NCBI GenBank assembly: GCA_965649765.1
Contig: OZ287750.1
Coordinates: 69,378,001 to 69,442,000 of the forward strand
Reading direction: 5' to 3'
DNA length: 64,000 bases
Source: Bispira polyomma
Lineage: Eukaryota
Positions 13,264 through 26,919 of this stretch are shown here, in pieces; the first letter of the stretch is position 1, and the number at the start of each line of letters is the position of its first letter. The position numbers and the translations under genes were made by a program. The notes below the pieces were generated by a model. It searched no databases. It was given only the letters and a program-made list of their open reading frames with translations, and was not told the origin of the DNA.

Positions 13264-14261
13264 TACTGCTTGAACGAGATACATATTACTGACCTTTACA
13301 TAGAGACTGCAAAATAGCGCTAAAAAGAAGGTAGATGAATGATAACTATTATAAAACAAAACAGTAACTATGTATATACAGATGAAACACACATTTGACC
13401 TACTTTCTTGGTTAATTTCATTATTTGAAGAACACAGATTGATTTCAACATCGGAAAAAATGTTATGGAATGTGATGTGTGAGACGTTCTAATATTTTTT
13501 GATTCAGAAGAACCTCCACTGATTAATTGAAATTTTCAGACCGACTTTCGATATCATTTGTGTATACAAAGATAACTAAGCACTATATTTCGTGATGGTT
13601 GGCTCAAGTATATTGCCGTTGACATAATGTAGTTGTTTACATCTTGTTTCTCAAACTTGATTTCTATATTTTTGATTTTGTTTTTTGTTTTTAAAATTAT
13701 ACTTAACATAGTATTTGTCTACTTACTAGGATTTTAAGCACTAATTGAACTTTTTTACCTCCATTTCTGTAACTGAAAAGTCTGAAACTGGGGATAGAAT
13801 CCAGTGACAGTGGACCGTTATTTAAAGTATCCGAGTCATTAAGTATCTGCCATTGTTCTAGCTCCTATACCGAGAACCAGACAAGGTTTTGTACTTATCA
13901 GATCACACTCACAGTGAGGCATAAACTCAAAAACCAGAGATATATTGGATTAATGCTATTACTGTACAAAAGTGTGATATCGCTGCATATTTTGATATTA
14001 TGGTGGGTTTAAGTACAATATATTATTAATAAAAGGTCATTGTTAGTAAAACATAATAATTAAATTTGAGAAAGTTAAGCATCAGTCAGATAGTTCTGAT
14101 TCCTTATTGGTGGGTAGTGTAATTTTATTACTTCAAACTCTGACCAAGTGGGACCTTTCACATATATACTTGTTCCTTTGTCATAATTCTCTCCTTCAGA
14201 GTTGGGCAGTTGTGCACTGTGAGTAGATATAATGTACTCCTTCATTCAGTAATGGTGAACC

Positions 14262-14385
14262 TTGGTGGTGCAGTAGTAACACACTCACCTCACACATTTG
14301 CCGGTATTGGTTTGAATCTGCACCCTATTGTGTATGTGGGAAAGTTTACAGTAGACTTTCTTGAGGCCGGTGCACACATAAGATA
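14262..14385 (+). mobile_element. Partial tRNA-derived SINE, same family as 50565-50747
   Basis: GGTGGTGCAGTAGTAACACACTC...GGTTTGAATC...GTGTATGTGGGAAAGTT. Confidence 0.6.
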
Positions 14386-15769
14386 TTGAACTGTTATTTC
14401 CTCAGCTTTTATTTAAAAGATAACTCGGCCATCAGCTGAAGTGTACTACACCAGCCTTAAGGGGCTTGCATTTCATTCAACAAGTAATTTTTGGACTAAC
14501 GAGTATGCAGGAGCATCCAAGCCGAGTGAGGTGTGCAAATCTAGACAAACGTTGACACCAATAAACGTGTTGGAAGTTTAAAAAATAGTGTGGACTTTAG
14601 AACATTGGGTAATATTGGAACTTTATGTGTTTTACTGTTGAGCATTTGTTTAGATTATTACTTTTCGCTAGTTCAAAGGAGAAGGTGGAGAAAGAAGAAT
14701 CTAAGTTGTAATTTTCAATCTAATATGGTTTACGATATGAAGATTACAGTTAAACTCAAATCGTGATCATAATCACTATAATATTTTTTTATCAGAAAAT
14801 ACACTATACTACCTGGTGTTGCAAAGGTAATTCTATGTGTATAATATTATTGTCTCAAGTAGATAGTAAAAACGTTTTATGTAATTTGTGTGACTTGTAT
14901 TATTGTATAATCATCATATATATTGTATATAAATGAAAAAGAAATTGAGTATAGTCACTCAATTTCTACAATAGAGACCTTAGTTCTTTAAAATATGATA
15001 AAACTACTCTAGCAAATTGTTATTTTAACTTTATTTTAAATGTCCACGGCTTGGATCGTGATTGAGGAGATCTTACTCTAGTGAATTGCAGATCATTTTA
15101 CCCCTTTATAAACTGAGTAATTCGATGCACACCGACACCTACGCCCTTACAAAGACCAATAAATGACAAATACATTTGCAAGCTGGCTGGCACTGAGGTT
15201 GACAGAAAAGACGCAATAGGCACAGGGTGGCACCATATTGCCAGACACAGCTTCCGTTCGTGTGACTCTGATGTATAAAATCTTGGCACTTTGACACATT
15301 CAGCAATAGATTGGGGAGAGTAGAACACAAGGTGGCTGATTTCTCTCAGCAGAAAACAGCCAAAGACCCGTATACACAAAGTCCAACGGGGAAAGAATGA
15401 GGGAAATGACTCTGATGTGTACATTGTTGATAGAAGAGTTGATAGAAGAGGCCAGTTTGATGCTGATGAGCCCCTGTTTGGAGATCACTCTATGCAAGGC
15501 GGGGATGGGAATGACCGTCATGACCTGAACCAAGGAAACAGAAAAGGCAGTAACCCAAACGTAGGATACACCTCTGGCAACTTAGAGGAGAGGTGGACAA
15601 AATAAGCTAAGGCCAGTGGGGGAGGGGCGATCTGAGACTGAAACACCACCATGTCGTATTGATAAACAAGTCAACTCCCTTTGTTCAGCATTTGACACTA
15701 TTTTGGAGCCCCTAATGATGAAGGGAACTCCGATGTGGTGATACGGGTGGCGGATCGTGTAGAACAGCC

Positions 15770-16187
15770 GTGGATGTGTGTATCCTGTATGTGTCCCATG
15801 CATAGTTCACTCGGGGTGTGATCCTGTGTGTAGAAATTCCTCGCCTATTTTTTGAAAAAACAAAACAACAAAACACTTGCAGAAAATATCATAAGTCTAT
15901 ACGATGACTATGCTGATGACAGAGCAATCTCCAAGCTGTGTTACTGTTAGTTTAGTCAAGTAATGATTGTTGCATGTGGATGTGTGTATCCTGTATGTGT
16001 CCCATGCATAGTTCACTCGGGGTGTGATCCTGTGTGTAGAAATTCCTTGCCTATTTCTTGAAAAAACAAAAGAACAAAACACTTGCAGAAAATATCATAA
16101 GTCTATACGATGACAATACTGATGACAGAGCAATCTCCAAGCTGTGTGACTGTTAGTTTAGTCAAGTAATGATTGTTGCATGTGGAT
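15770..16187. repeat. Near-perfect tandem duplication (~206 bp x2)
   Basis: gtggatgtgtgtatcctgtatg...gattgttgcatg starts at 15770 and 15976, with few differences. Confidence 0.9.
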
Positions 16188-16539
16188 CAACAGTGAGTGT
16201 GCAGACAAGTGTTTCTCGAGCCGTTGTTTTTGATGGTAATATTCTGGCATATTACTGTTGGGGGGCTGGCGCTGTATAAGAGATAATAAATGCAAAATTA
16301 TAAATGGTAAATAGATTTGCCAAATTTTCGAAGGAACGTATAACGACAGGGAAGTTTGCTTCTGCTTGACTGTAACTTGACATAGTTCAAGTAGATTATG
16401 TTGTTTTAGTTGCCGATATAATTAGGACTGCTTTGTGTTGTGCTTAAATTTGTGGTGGACAGTGCTTAATATTATTTAATTTCGGAAACTTGTAGTTAAG
16501 AACCAACCTGATTATGTAATCAGGTTAGTTCTTAAGAAT

Positions 16540-17320
16540 TGGAATGTCAGTGAAATCAAGCATACCTTAAAATAACTCAAACATGGGAATGAAGATAGCC
16601 ATAATATGTTCTACAGTGACTATTTAATAAATGGTAGTCTTTTATTAAGCAAAATGCTCACACACGGCATTGTTCTTGATAGAATACTCGAATCAGTTTT
16701 AATACCTATACCCAAGGATAAAAATAAATCATTACGCAAATCCAAAAATTATCCTCCAATTGCATTGAGTGGTATATTTGGCAAGTTGCTGGACATATCC
16801 TTGTTGAGTAGACATGGATATGTGCCAAATACATTTTGGGTTCAAGAAGGGACATTCTGCATGTCAGTGTACTTTTGCAGTGGAAGAGGTAATAGAGTAT
16901 TATAAGTGATGTGCATGTTGTGCTCCTAGATGCAAGTCAAGTGTTTGACCGGGTCAACTATGCAGTTTTATTTAAAACTCTCCCTGAACGTGGCCTCTGT
17001 GCAGTTGTTTGTAGGATATTTTAAAATTTGTACACACATCAGAGCATGTGTATTAAATGTAGGAGTATGCAGTTCGATCATTTCTCTGTATTGAATGGAG
17101 TTAAACAGGGAGGTGTCCTTGTCACCTACTTTATTTGCAGTGTATATCAGCTTGTTTGAATGCTACATACATCAAAGACTGGGATGTCATATTGGACATT
17201 TATACACTGGTGCCTTTAGATATGCCGACGACATTATCTCAATGGCTCCTTTAAAAGGTGATCTTAATTCCATGCTGAATATTGCAAGTGATTATGCAGC
17301 CAGATCAACAATGAGAATAT
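16540..17320 (+). pseudogene. Decayed non-LTR reverse transcriptase fragment (RTE-X/CR1-like)
   Basis: Motifs across frameshifts: LIPIPK...NYPPIAL, FGFKKGHS, LLDASQVFDRV, GVKQGGVLSPTLF, YADDI. Confidence 0.85.
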
Positions 17321-17728
17321 CTCTGCTACTCGATAAGAGACTGTGCGGTATAGTATTCGGGTGCTATTAAGGTCAGTCTTTTCACCGTTCACAGTGGGCT
17401 AGTCCATTTGTAAAGAATCCAATTGGTCAGATATCCCTTTTCATGGATAATCATGGCTTTCTAAAACCTTCCCACCTGACCGGTTTCCTTGTGTATGATT
17501 GTTGATAAGTGAATAGACAATAAAAGATAAGGATTTGAGGTTTATTTTATGTACAGTTTTTAATATTTAAAATATATGTAAAATTTTTAATTAGCCCATA
17601 CGAGTAAAAGCCCAAAGTGGCGGACATAAAACATTAAGAACCAATATTGATATCCCCAACAGTCTGTGTTTAGTTACAGGTAAAACAATATAATTAATGT
17701 TCAACATACGTATAGGTCTAGCCAGTAA

Positions 17729-18347
17729 TGACCTCGTCACACCTACACATGTTAACGCCCCTCAACGTACCTAAGCAATATACACTGAAAAAGTGGGAGT
17801 ATTGTATCAAAGTGACATCATTTCCATAAAAGGGTGGTCGACTGTGCCGTTTTGTGACGATGTTGGTACTTGTACACACGAAAGGGGTAAAAATGTAACA
17901 CTTTACTGGTAAGATATCACTACCTTCTACTACATAGAGTTACTATACTGCTACTTGCTGGTGCGTTCTGTTGCCTTCTGCTACTGGTGAAACATTTTTG
18001 ACTGATGGAGACGAGTGAAGACGATCTCACTACTTACTGGGACTTCCTTGTTACGTACTACTACATATAGCTACTTACTGATACGTCTATGCTACTTTCG
18101 GAAACGTTCAGGGGCGAACAGAGAAATAGGGAGAAACGGGAGCTGTGACTGTAGTGTTTCAAACAGTTTGAAACACTACACACAGAAGACGAAACAGAGT
18201 CGTTTCCAGAATGATACCATCCGTTAATCAACATCAGGGAACAAACACACCAGGGATCCTCACTTCCTATTACATTTCAAAACGTTTCCCAAATTAACAC
18301 AACGTAACACAAACGTAGCTCTCGAACGTGTAGGTGTGACCAGGACA
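17729..18347. mobile_element. PIF/Harbinger-type MITE (619 bp)
   Basis: 20-bp TIRs TGACCTCGTCACACCTACAC / TGTCCTGGTCACACCTACAC (18/20), with a TAA TSD at 17726-17728 and 18348-18350. Confidence 0.85.
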
Positions 18348-18649
18348 TAACAATATGAGTACATTATAATTTAGTTACGTAATGAGAGTTAAAATAAGCA
18401 CACAAAGCATACACATAGGTCTGGCCCAGTAGCATATAATAGTACACTATGATGATATTTTTATTTTAGTTCAATTATTTATAGATAGAAGTCCTTAGGA
18501 CCATAAAAGAGTCTATCCGACACTCAATATGTGTTATTCTCGTAGTCTGATGAAGACATGTTTAAACAACATTATGATCTTTCTAATGTTAGTTCCTTAC
18601 ATATGTAATTTTGGTTGCCTACTAAACAAAGTAAAGAAGTTTTATCATC

Positions 18650-18832
18650 TCCAACGAAACCACAACTATAGTTGAAACCCAGGTCCTATGGCACTTAATT
18701 GCCTGGCAGTGACACTTTCCCACATGCAGAGCTCCTTACCTGGTAGACCACACCAGGGGTAGGTTACAGAAGGGAACCTGGCTCCACACGGACCCAGGTT
18801 CGAACTCGTTTGTAGTGGCACGCGAGTATCTA
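18650..18832 (-). mobile_element. Interspersed SINE-like repeat; second copy at 45752-45935
   Basis: Shared blocks ggtcctatggcac, gcagagct, ccacaccagggg, ccacacggac, cacgcgagt. B-box-like GAGTTCGAACC. Confidence 0.55.
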
Positions 18833-19039
18833 GGTATTTTTCCTTTATAATGGAGGAGACAGCATAAACTAAATCAGCAAGGGGTTGATTGTTGATGGGT
18901 TCCTATAGTCATGGATGAATGGGCAGAGAATAACCAGAACGGTTTTAAAAATAGTAAATTTGGTTAGATAATGAACTGAGACAGCAGTCCCCTGAAGTGG
19001 TCGTGATAGTCAAAACCCCATGATTGGACGACCCCAGAT

Positions 19040-19770
19040 ATCAAGGAAGCCAAATGGCAACTTGAGCGAGTATGGCATCACACCAAATCAACTTTTGACA
19101 GGAAATGTTATAGGATTGCCACAAACAACTTTAATATGCTGATGACAAAGGCCAAGAAAGAACATTTCGACTCCATTATCAAAGACAGCTTCCAAACTTC
19201 TTAAAAGCTATGAAACTCCATTAACAAAATACTCCACTATACATCTAAACAAGTTTTGCCTGAAAATCATTGCCTTACGTTTTTAGTTAATAAATTTAGC
19301 AATTTCTTCATTGACAAAATAACCAAAATTAGTTTTTCTACCATATTACAGTTCCACCCACCATCCCCGGGACCCACAAAGTTTCAAATTTACTACACTT
19401 TTATCCAGTTTCTGAGAATAATGATCTCAAATTGATAAAATCATCTTCCATCAAATTATGTGAAATGGATCCTATTTCTGTCATTATTCTCTCTGAATGC
19501 TTGGACATTCTCATAACCCTAACCACAAAAATTTTTAACTTTTCACATTGCGACGGTATTTTTTCTTGTGTGTTTCAAGACCGCTTATGTTACCCCCCTT
19601 ACTTAAAAAATCAGGCCTTGATAAAAATGCGCTTAAAATTTTTTAACCAGTCTCTAACCTTAGCTTTGTCTCAAAACTCTTTGAGAAAGCTGTTGCAAAA
19701 CAAATCCATGGCCACCTTAGCACACATAAACTTGCTAACTCCCACCATTCTGCTTACAGAAAATTCCACA
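19040..19770 (+). mobile_element. L2/CR1-group LINE, 5' part of host copy (continues at 21048-22190)
   Basis: Colinear with 42005-42630 (...CEMDPIS...ECLDILIT...PVSNLSFVSKL.EKAVA...SAYRKFH). Confidence 0.8.
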
Positions 19771-19774
19771 TATT

Positions 19775-21047
19775 ATAAAGTATTGTATTATATTGTACAT
19801 TTTTAACGTGCCTTATTGATGCTAGACATCTTCTAAGGCACAACATCAGAATCAATCAGCCAATAGAAAAATGAAAATACATAGCCAGGTCATAAGGATG
19901 GATGCATCAGCGCCCAGGAAGAGGACTACGGCGGATAGGCGAGTCTGAAGAAATAGGTTTTAAGCCTTTCCCTAAAACCAGAAAGTGTATCGAGCAGTCT
20001 AAGTTCAACTGGAAGACTGTTTCATAACATAGGTGTGGTGACCGAGAAGGCTCTAGATCCAACTCTCTTAGTGGTTTTTTTTTATGGGAAACAGTCTTTT
20101 TTTCTCTTTTAAGGCTGCTAAAGGAGAGCTTAGTAGCGAGGTAGTGAGGCTGTTGAGAGACAACAGCTTTAAAAATGATAACATGCATTTTAAACAGGAT
20201 TTGATAGTGAATAGGAAGACAATAAAGTTTCTTGAGGTATGGAGTGACATCAGTACAGATTCCCAAACGAAAGATGACTCCACACAGATAGTTTTAAATG
20301 AACTGCAACTTGTTAATGTGGGACTTATTGGATCCATACAGAAGAGAATTACAGTAGTCAAGGCGGTTACTTACAAGAGCGATGGCCACTGTGATAGCAG
20401 CATCTAGTGATAGATAATTTCTGTTTCTTTTGATGTCCCGAACGTGATAGTAACAGGAGAGGCAGATGCTGTTAATGTGAGGAAGAAATGAAAAAGCAGG
20501 GTAGATAGTGACACCTAGGTTTTTGACCTGGTCTGAAGGTTGAATCTCATTGCCCAGCAGTGTGATTGGGAAAAGTGATCTAAAATATTCACTGTGTTTC
20601 TTATTTCCAATTAGGATGAATTCAGTTTTGTCAGGGTTTAGTTTCAGTTTGGAGTAGTTCATCCATGGCTGAACTGAGGAGAGACAGTCGGCAAGTAGAT
20701 CAATGTTGTATCTGGCATTCTGAGTGTTAAGGGAGAGATAGATTTGAGTGTCATCAGCATACATGTGATGTTTAACATTTTGATTATTGATGACTGCACC
20801 AAGAAGATGGGTGTAGAGGGTAAACAGTAAAGGGCCGAGAACCGACCCCTGGGGTACTTCAAATGGTTAAAAGAGGATGAAAAGTGGTCGCCTAATTTGA
20901 TTTTTTGGATTCTAAGAGCAAGGTACGATTTGATCCAATCAAGGACAGTACCATTAACACCAAACCACTGTTTTAGCCTGTCAAAGAGTAAGCCACGGTC
21001 AATGGTATCAAAAGCTGCAGAGAGATCAAGAAGGGTGAGGGCTACAG
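19775..21047 (-). mobile_element. 5'-truncated L2/CR1-group LINE inserted inverted into the host copy
   Basis: [45 protein letters not shown]. 3' UTR and (TACAA)n tail closely match the 42005-43951 copy. Confidence 0.9.
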
Positions 21048-22192
21048 TCCCCTTCTTTTCATCAGTGATGGCACAAACCTTTCCTTGGATCGGGATGAAA
21101 CTGTAGCCCTCACTCTTCTTGAACCTGCGGCACCTTTTCATACCATTGACCATGGTCTACCGTTAGACAACCTAAAACAGTGGTTTGGCCTTGATGGCTC
21201 TGTCCTTGATTGGATTAGATCCTATTTCCCTCTCAGATCCCAAAGGAACAAACTGGATAATCACTTCTCATCCTCTTTCGATCTAACTTGTAGAGTACCC
21301 AAGGGGTCAGTCCTAGAGCCTTTACTTTTTACATTTTACACACACCCGCTTAGTACAGTCATCGATAGCCACAATGTTAAACGCCATTTGTATGCTGATG
21401 ATACTCAAATCTATCTCACTTAACCGTCGTAATGCCCACAATAATCTTAGTCTACTTGCTGATTGCCTCTCTGTTCAGTAAGGCTTGGATATACGACTCC
21501 AAATTAAAATTGCATCGAAATAAATTATTCCCCATTACACTACTGGGTAATGATATTCAGCACTCCAATACTGTCAAGAACCTTGGCGTCACCATTGACT
21601 CATTTATTATTTGATACACACATTTACAATTTTTGTCGCTCCTGTTACTATCACATTTATAACAAATTGGATCAGAAATCATTTGTCACTAAGTACTACC
21701 ATCACTGTGGCTAAGTCCCTTGTTAGCAGCCATTTATGCTACTGCAATTCCCCTTTCCTTTGAGCAAAAAAGTGTCACTATCTGTGTCGAGTTATATTTT
21801 GTCTGGGTTTCCGTACTGACGTCTCTCCATACCTCAAAAAATTACATTGGCTTCACATTCACTATCAGATAGGAAATTGACTTTCTGTTTCCTCTGTTAG
21901 ACCCACCAGGAGGGTTGGCTCAAGAGCTTTCTCCACTGCCGCCCCTATGTCTCCTAGTTGAGCTAAGATCACTTGAAACACTATCTGGTTTTAGAAAAAA
22001 AGCTTAAAACCCATCTGTTTAAACTCGCCTACCCCCATAGTATCAACTCCCTGTACACCGCTACATTCTTCCTTACGACCTTTTTTGTTTTGTTTTTTAG
22101 ACTTTTCTCTTAGGTTACTGATTCTGTTGTTGCCCTTTAGAAGATGCCCAACATCAATAAGGAGCGTTAAAAATCCAAAATCTAATACAATT
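21048..22192 (+). mobile_element. L2/CR1-group LINE, 3' part of host copy
   Basis: [31 protein letters not shown], decayed 3' UTR ending ...aatctaatacaa. Confidence 0.85.
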
Positions 22193-23218
22193 GTTAGAAA
22201 ATACATTTACACAGATTGTTGAGAGAACCAAACGTCTCACAGTGTTGCAACCCTAACCAATATTACCCACCCTTATAACTCATGTGGGGTGCACTATGTA
22301 GTTGTAGACAAGATGTATTATGTAGTCATAGACAAACAAGGGAATAAATTGACGACAGAATCTATGGTTGGTTTGACAGCTCACCGAAGATCCTTAAAAA
22401 GCATTCAGTTTGTGAGTTATCTGGATCCTCGGTTGCTCGGGTCGACCGCCTGAATTTGTTAATTCAGTATATTGCACTCCCTCTTGAGATGTTGTTGTAT
22501 TAGGCTTAATTGTTCAGCAAAGTCAGCGGGTAACTGTTAAGCTAGTTGAGGGGCGTCTTCTAAAAAAAACATTTACTGCATGGTGGGTGAGTTCCCCCAG
22601 CAGTTGTCTGATACTCCACAAAACATTGATCAGACAGCTAAAATTGATAGTAGGTATGGAACATACTGTTAACGTCACTTAACTGTTAAAATTAGCGGAA
22701 GTAAACGGTTATTTTAGTACTTTTGTCACTTTTTATAACTTTTATGTATCTTTCAGTAAATTCTCACTTGCTATAACTTGTATGTATCGTTATGGATGTA
22801 ACTTGTATTTTAGTTTCTTTGTTGGCTATGGAATACTATTATAAATATGTATAGCGGGTGGTTTCCCCGTAGAATAATAAATAACATTTTACCATTAATA
22901 ATAATATATTATTGTTGTACCTAACATAGAAACAAATTGTATTACGTTAAGTTAAGATTTTAGTGCAAAAACACCTTAGTGTTATACTGCACTATTAAAA
23001 TTAATAAATACATTAACATAAATATATACAAACGACATTAACATTAAACAAACGAAACAATGACTAGATCAGAGAATAAAATGCCAAAAATATAACAAAT
23101 AAATACAAAATATAAAGATAACAATACTACAAACAAGACTAGACTATAAAAAACAAAGAAATCACAGAAAACACAATAAATTAACTCTTATTAACAGAAT
23201 AAATTACTTAACTACAGC

Positions 23219-26200
23219 TTAAAACTTATAAAACAAACCTATTTCCTTTAAATAATTAAAAACACTATTTACATTTGTATGTAACAATTCTTTCAAATTA
23301 CTACTATTAAAATGTTTTATTTGAACGTCATGTAGGTCGATACAGTCTAATAATATATGCCTGACTGTATCGGGACAATGACATGGAATGCACCAGGGCT
23401 TATCCTCACCTTTCAACAGATAACTATGTGTAAAATAGGTGTGTCCTATACGGGCTCGAGTAATAACTATTTCTTCCCTACGAGATAAACCCGTCCAAAA
23501 ATTAAAATCTCCAACAGTAGGGTTTATTTGAAATAGTTTGTTATCAGGACACGCATTCCATTGGGCTTGCCACTTTTGTTTAAAAACACTATTTACATTA
23601 ACTTTGAAGTCTGTATAGGGGACTTTCAAGTCCAAAATGTTAAAATTCAATGCTTGTTTGGCAAGCTTGTCTGCCACTTCATTGCCCTTAATACCTACAT
23701 GACTAGGAACCCATGCTAAAACTACTTTTTTGTTCACTGACAAACACTGATTAAAAACCTTTAAAATATCCTGTAAATAGGGATGATTACAGTTATTGCC
23801 ATCAATGGCTTTCAGACTAGATAGAGAGTCAGTGAATACAATAAACTTTAACCCCTCACAATGTCTAATAATGTTAAATGCCATTTTCAGAGCCTGCAAT
23901 TCAGCTGTGAATATGCTAGCATTGCCAAGTAATCTAACTTGGGCACTGAGGCCATTTGATGTTGCTGCTGCAGCTACTTTGTTTTTATCTTTAGAACCAT
24001 CAGTATATATTGCCCTGTGATCAGAATAACAATTGATCAACTGGCTAAAGAGACTTTGAAATAAATAATCGTCTCCTATATGTTTTTTATTTTGTGCCAA
24101 GTAATAATCAATGTGTGGTTTTTGTATAGTCCAGGGTGGGTCTTCTGGCAATGACACAGTCTGAATTAAATCCAACCGAGGACAGACAGCAGCTAAGTCC
24201 GCCTTAATACGATGCCCAAATGATCTTATAGCTGATGGTTTATTTTCATACTTATCAATGTACTGAGGGTTATATACTACTTCATAGGTTGGATTTTGAG
24301 GGTTACTTCTCAACTTTATTGCATACTGAACACACAGTTTATGAAATCTCAGGTATAATGGTGGTTCATTAGCTTCTACATATAAGCTTTGCATTGGAGA
24401 AGTCCTGAAGGCTCCTAGGCATATTCTTAAGCCCTGGTTTTGAATGGGTTCCAATTTTCTCAAATAAGATTTACGGACAGAGCTAAAAACTGCACAACCA
24501 TATTCCATCCTTGATCTAACAAAAGATCGATACATCCTTAGTAGTACACTTTTGTCTGCACCCCAATCCATTTTTGAGACTACTTTTAATAAATTCATTG
24601 CTTTGTCACATTTCTTACGCACATAGTCAATATGTGCTTTAAAATTCAACTTGTTATCAAGTATAATGCCAAGAAACTTTGTGTTACTACAGGTATCTCA
24701 GTGCCATATAATGTCAATGTAGGATCTAGATGGAGTTTTCTTTTGTTACAGAAGTGCATGCATACTGTTTTAGTTTTAGAAAATTTAAAACCATTTTCAT
24801 CAGCCCATTTTTCAGTTTTATTCAGGCATAGCTGTAATTGTCTCTCTATAAAGGCCATATTATTTGAGCTATATGTTATTGAGAGGTCATCAACAAAGAG
24901 AGACTTTTCAAAGTTGGATGGAATAATATCACTTATGCTATTGATTTTTAAAATAAACAAAGTAACAGCAAGGATACTTCCTTGAGGAACACCCATTTCT
25001 TGATTGTGCATATCTGAATAAACTGATCCTAGACGAACTTTAAAAACTCTATTGGATAAAAAATTCTGAATAAAAACAGGCATTCTACCACGAAGCCCTG
25101 CCTTATACAAATCTCTGGCAACACCATATTTCTAAACAGTATCATATGCTTTTTCTAGATAAAAAAATACTGAAACTACATGGTTGCCTTTTAAAAATGA
25201 ATCTCTAATTAAAGATTCAAGTCGAACTAATTGGTCTGTTGTCGTTCGACCTTTTCTAAAACCACTTTGATGTACACTTAAAATGTTGTTTTTTTCAAGA
25301 AACCAAACCAATCTTGCATTTATCATTCTTTCCATGGTTTTGCACAAGCAGCTCGTCAAAGATATGGGATGGTAATTGGACAGGTTTTGTGGGTCTTTAC
25401 AAGGTTTAGGAATGGGTATAATAGTTGCTTCTTTCCAGCATTCAGGGATTTCACCAGTTATCCATATTTCATTAAATATGTCTAATACTACCACAAGTGA
25501 ATCCCTTGGCAAATGTTTAAGTAATTGATAATGTACTTCATCAGGCCCTGTGGCTGTATCATGAGACTTTTTTAATGCATCTATCAATTCTGATATATTG
25601 AACTCCATGTTATAATTTTCTTGGTTTCTTGATGCAAAATTAAGCTTTTCTTTTTCAGCCTTTTCCTGATATTTCTGAAACTTAGAGTAATTTTTCCTGC
25701 TGGAATTTTTGCTTATTTCTTCTGCCAAGATATTTACTATATCTCCTCTTTCTGTTATTTTACTTCCATCAGTATTTACTAGATGTCTTACTGTTGTATT
25801 ATTTTGCCTCCCATTTATTTTCCTAAGCATTTCCCATACCTTTTTGGCTGAAGTATTTGTATTTAGTTTTGATATATATTCCTTCCAGGAGTTTCTTTTA
25901 GCTGCTTTAATTACACTCCGAGCCTTAGCCCTGCAGTTTGTATATTCATTTATATTTGCCGATGTTGGATTTATTCGGCATTTATCTAGGGCTTTCTGAC
26001 GAGCTTTTTGGACCCTTTTACATTCATCATTAAACCATGGTTTAAAACTACCAGTGGACTGTCCTGAGGATTTAGGTATACTTTTTGTGGCTGTGTCATT
26101 CAATTTACTCATAAAAATAGGAAACTTGTCACTCAAATTTTGAAATGTATGTCTATTAATTTCAAGTGAGCAATGTAGCTGATATTTTACCCAATCAGCC

Positions 26201-26910
26201 TTTTTAATGTTCCAATGGGGTACATTGTCTCTTGGTATATTTTTAACTATATCGATTAGAATTGGGAAATGATCACTACCACATTGGTCACTGTGAACTT
26301 GCCAAGTAAAGTCAAGGAATATTGAACTGGAACATAATGATAAATCTATTGCAGTTAAAGATCCTGTAGCTGGATGTAGATATGTAGGAGAATAGTCATT
26401 GAGTAAACAAACACCAGACGAGTCTAATATATGCTCAATCTTTTCTCCTCTACTATCACAGTGATTTGAACCCCACAACTCATTATGGGCATTAAAGTCA
26501 CCTATTAATAAAAATGGTTGTGGCAGTTCATTGACTAGATTATCTAAGTTTTTCTGTGTAATTGTACAACTTGGTGGAATATATATACAACATATAGTTA
26601 TGGTTTTGTGTAGGGATACTTTAACTGCTACGGCTTGTAACTGTGTAGTTAAGGAGATTACTTCATGTGGCACACCTTTTTTAACAAATAATGAGCAACC
26701 TCCAAATACTCTTCCATTAACTTCTGAAACACTAGTTTTGTAATAGTGATCAAAGCCTCTCAATTTGTAATTATCGTTGTCTTTAAAATATGTTTCCTGC
26801 AAAGCTAAAATGTATGGACTAAAATCAGAAATTAAATGTTTAATTTCTTCAAAATTTGGCTTATAGCCACGACAGTTCCACTGGATAATGTGTTTTTGGT
26901 TTGGTTTCAT
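23219..26910 (-). pseudogene. LINE ORF2 (APE + RT + RNase H + CCHC), disrupted
   Basis: QWNCRG, LQET, GDFNAH, SDHFP (APE); QSGFR, LEKAYDTV, PQGSIL, FVDD (RT); YTDGSK, WVPSHVG.GNE.AD (RNase H). Premature TAG at 25132 and frameshifts near 25115 and 24680. Confidence 0.92.
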
Positions 26911-26919
26911 TATTTAATT

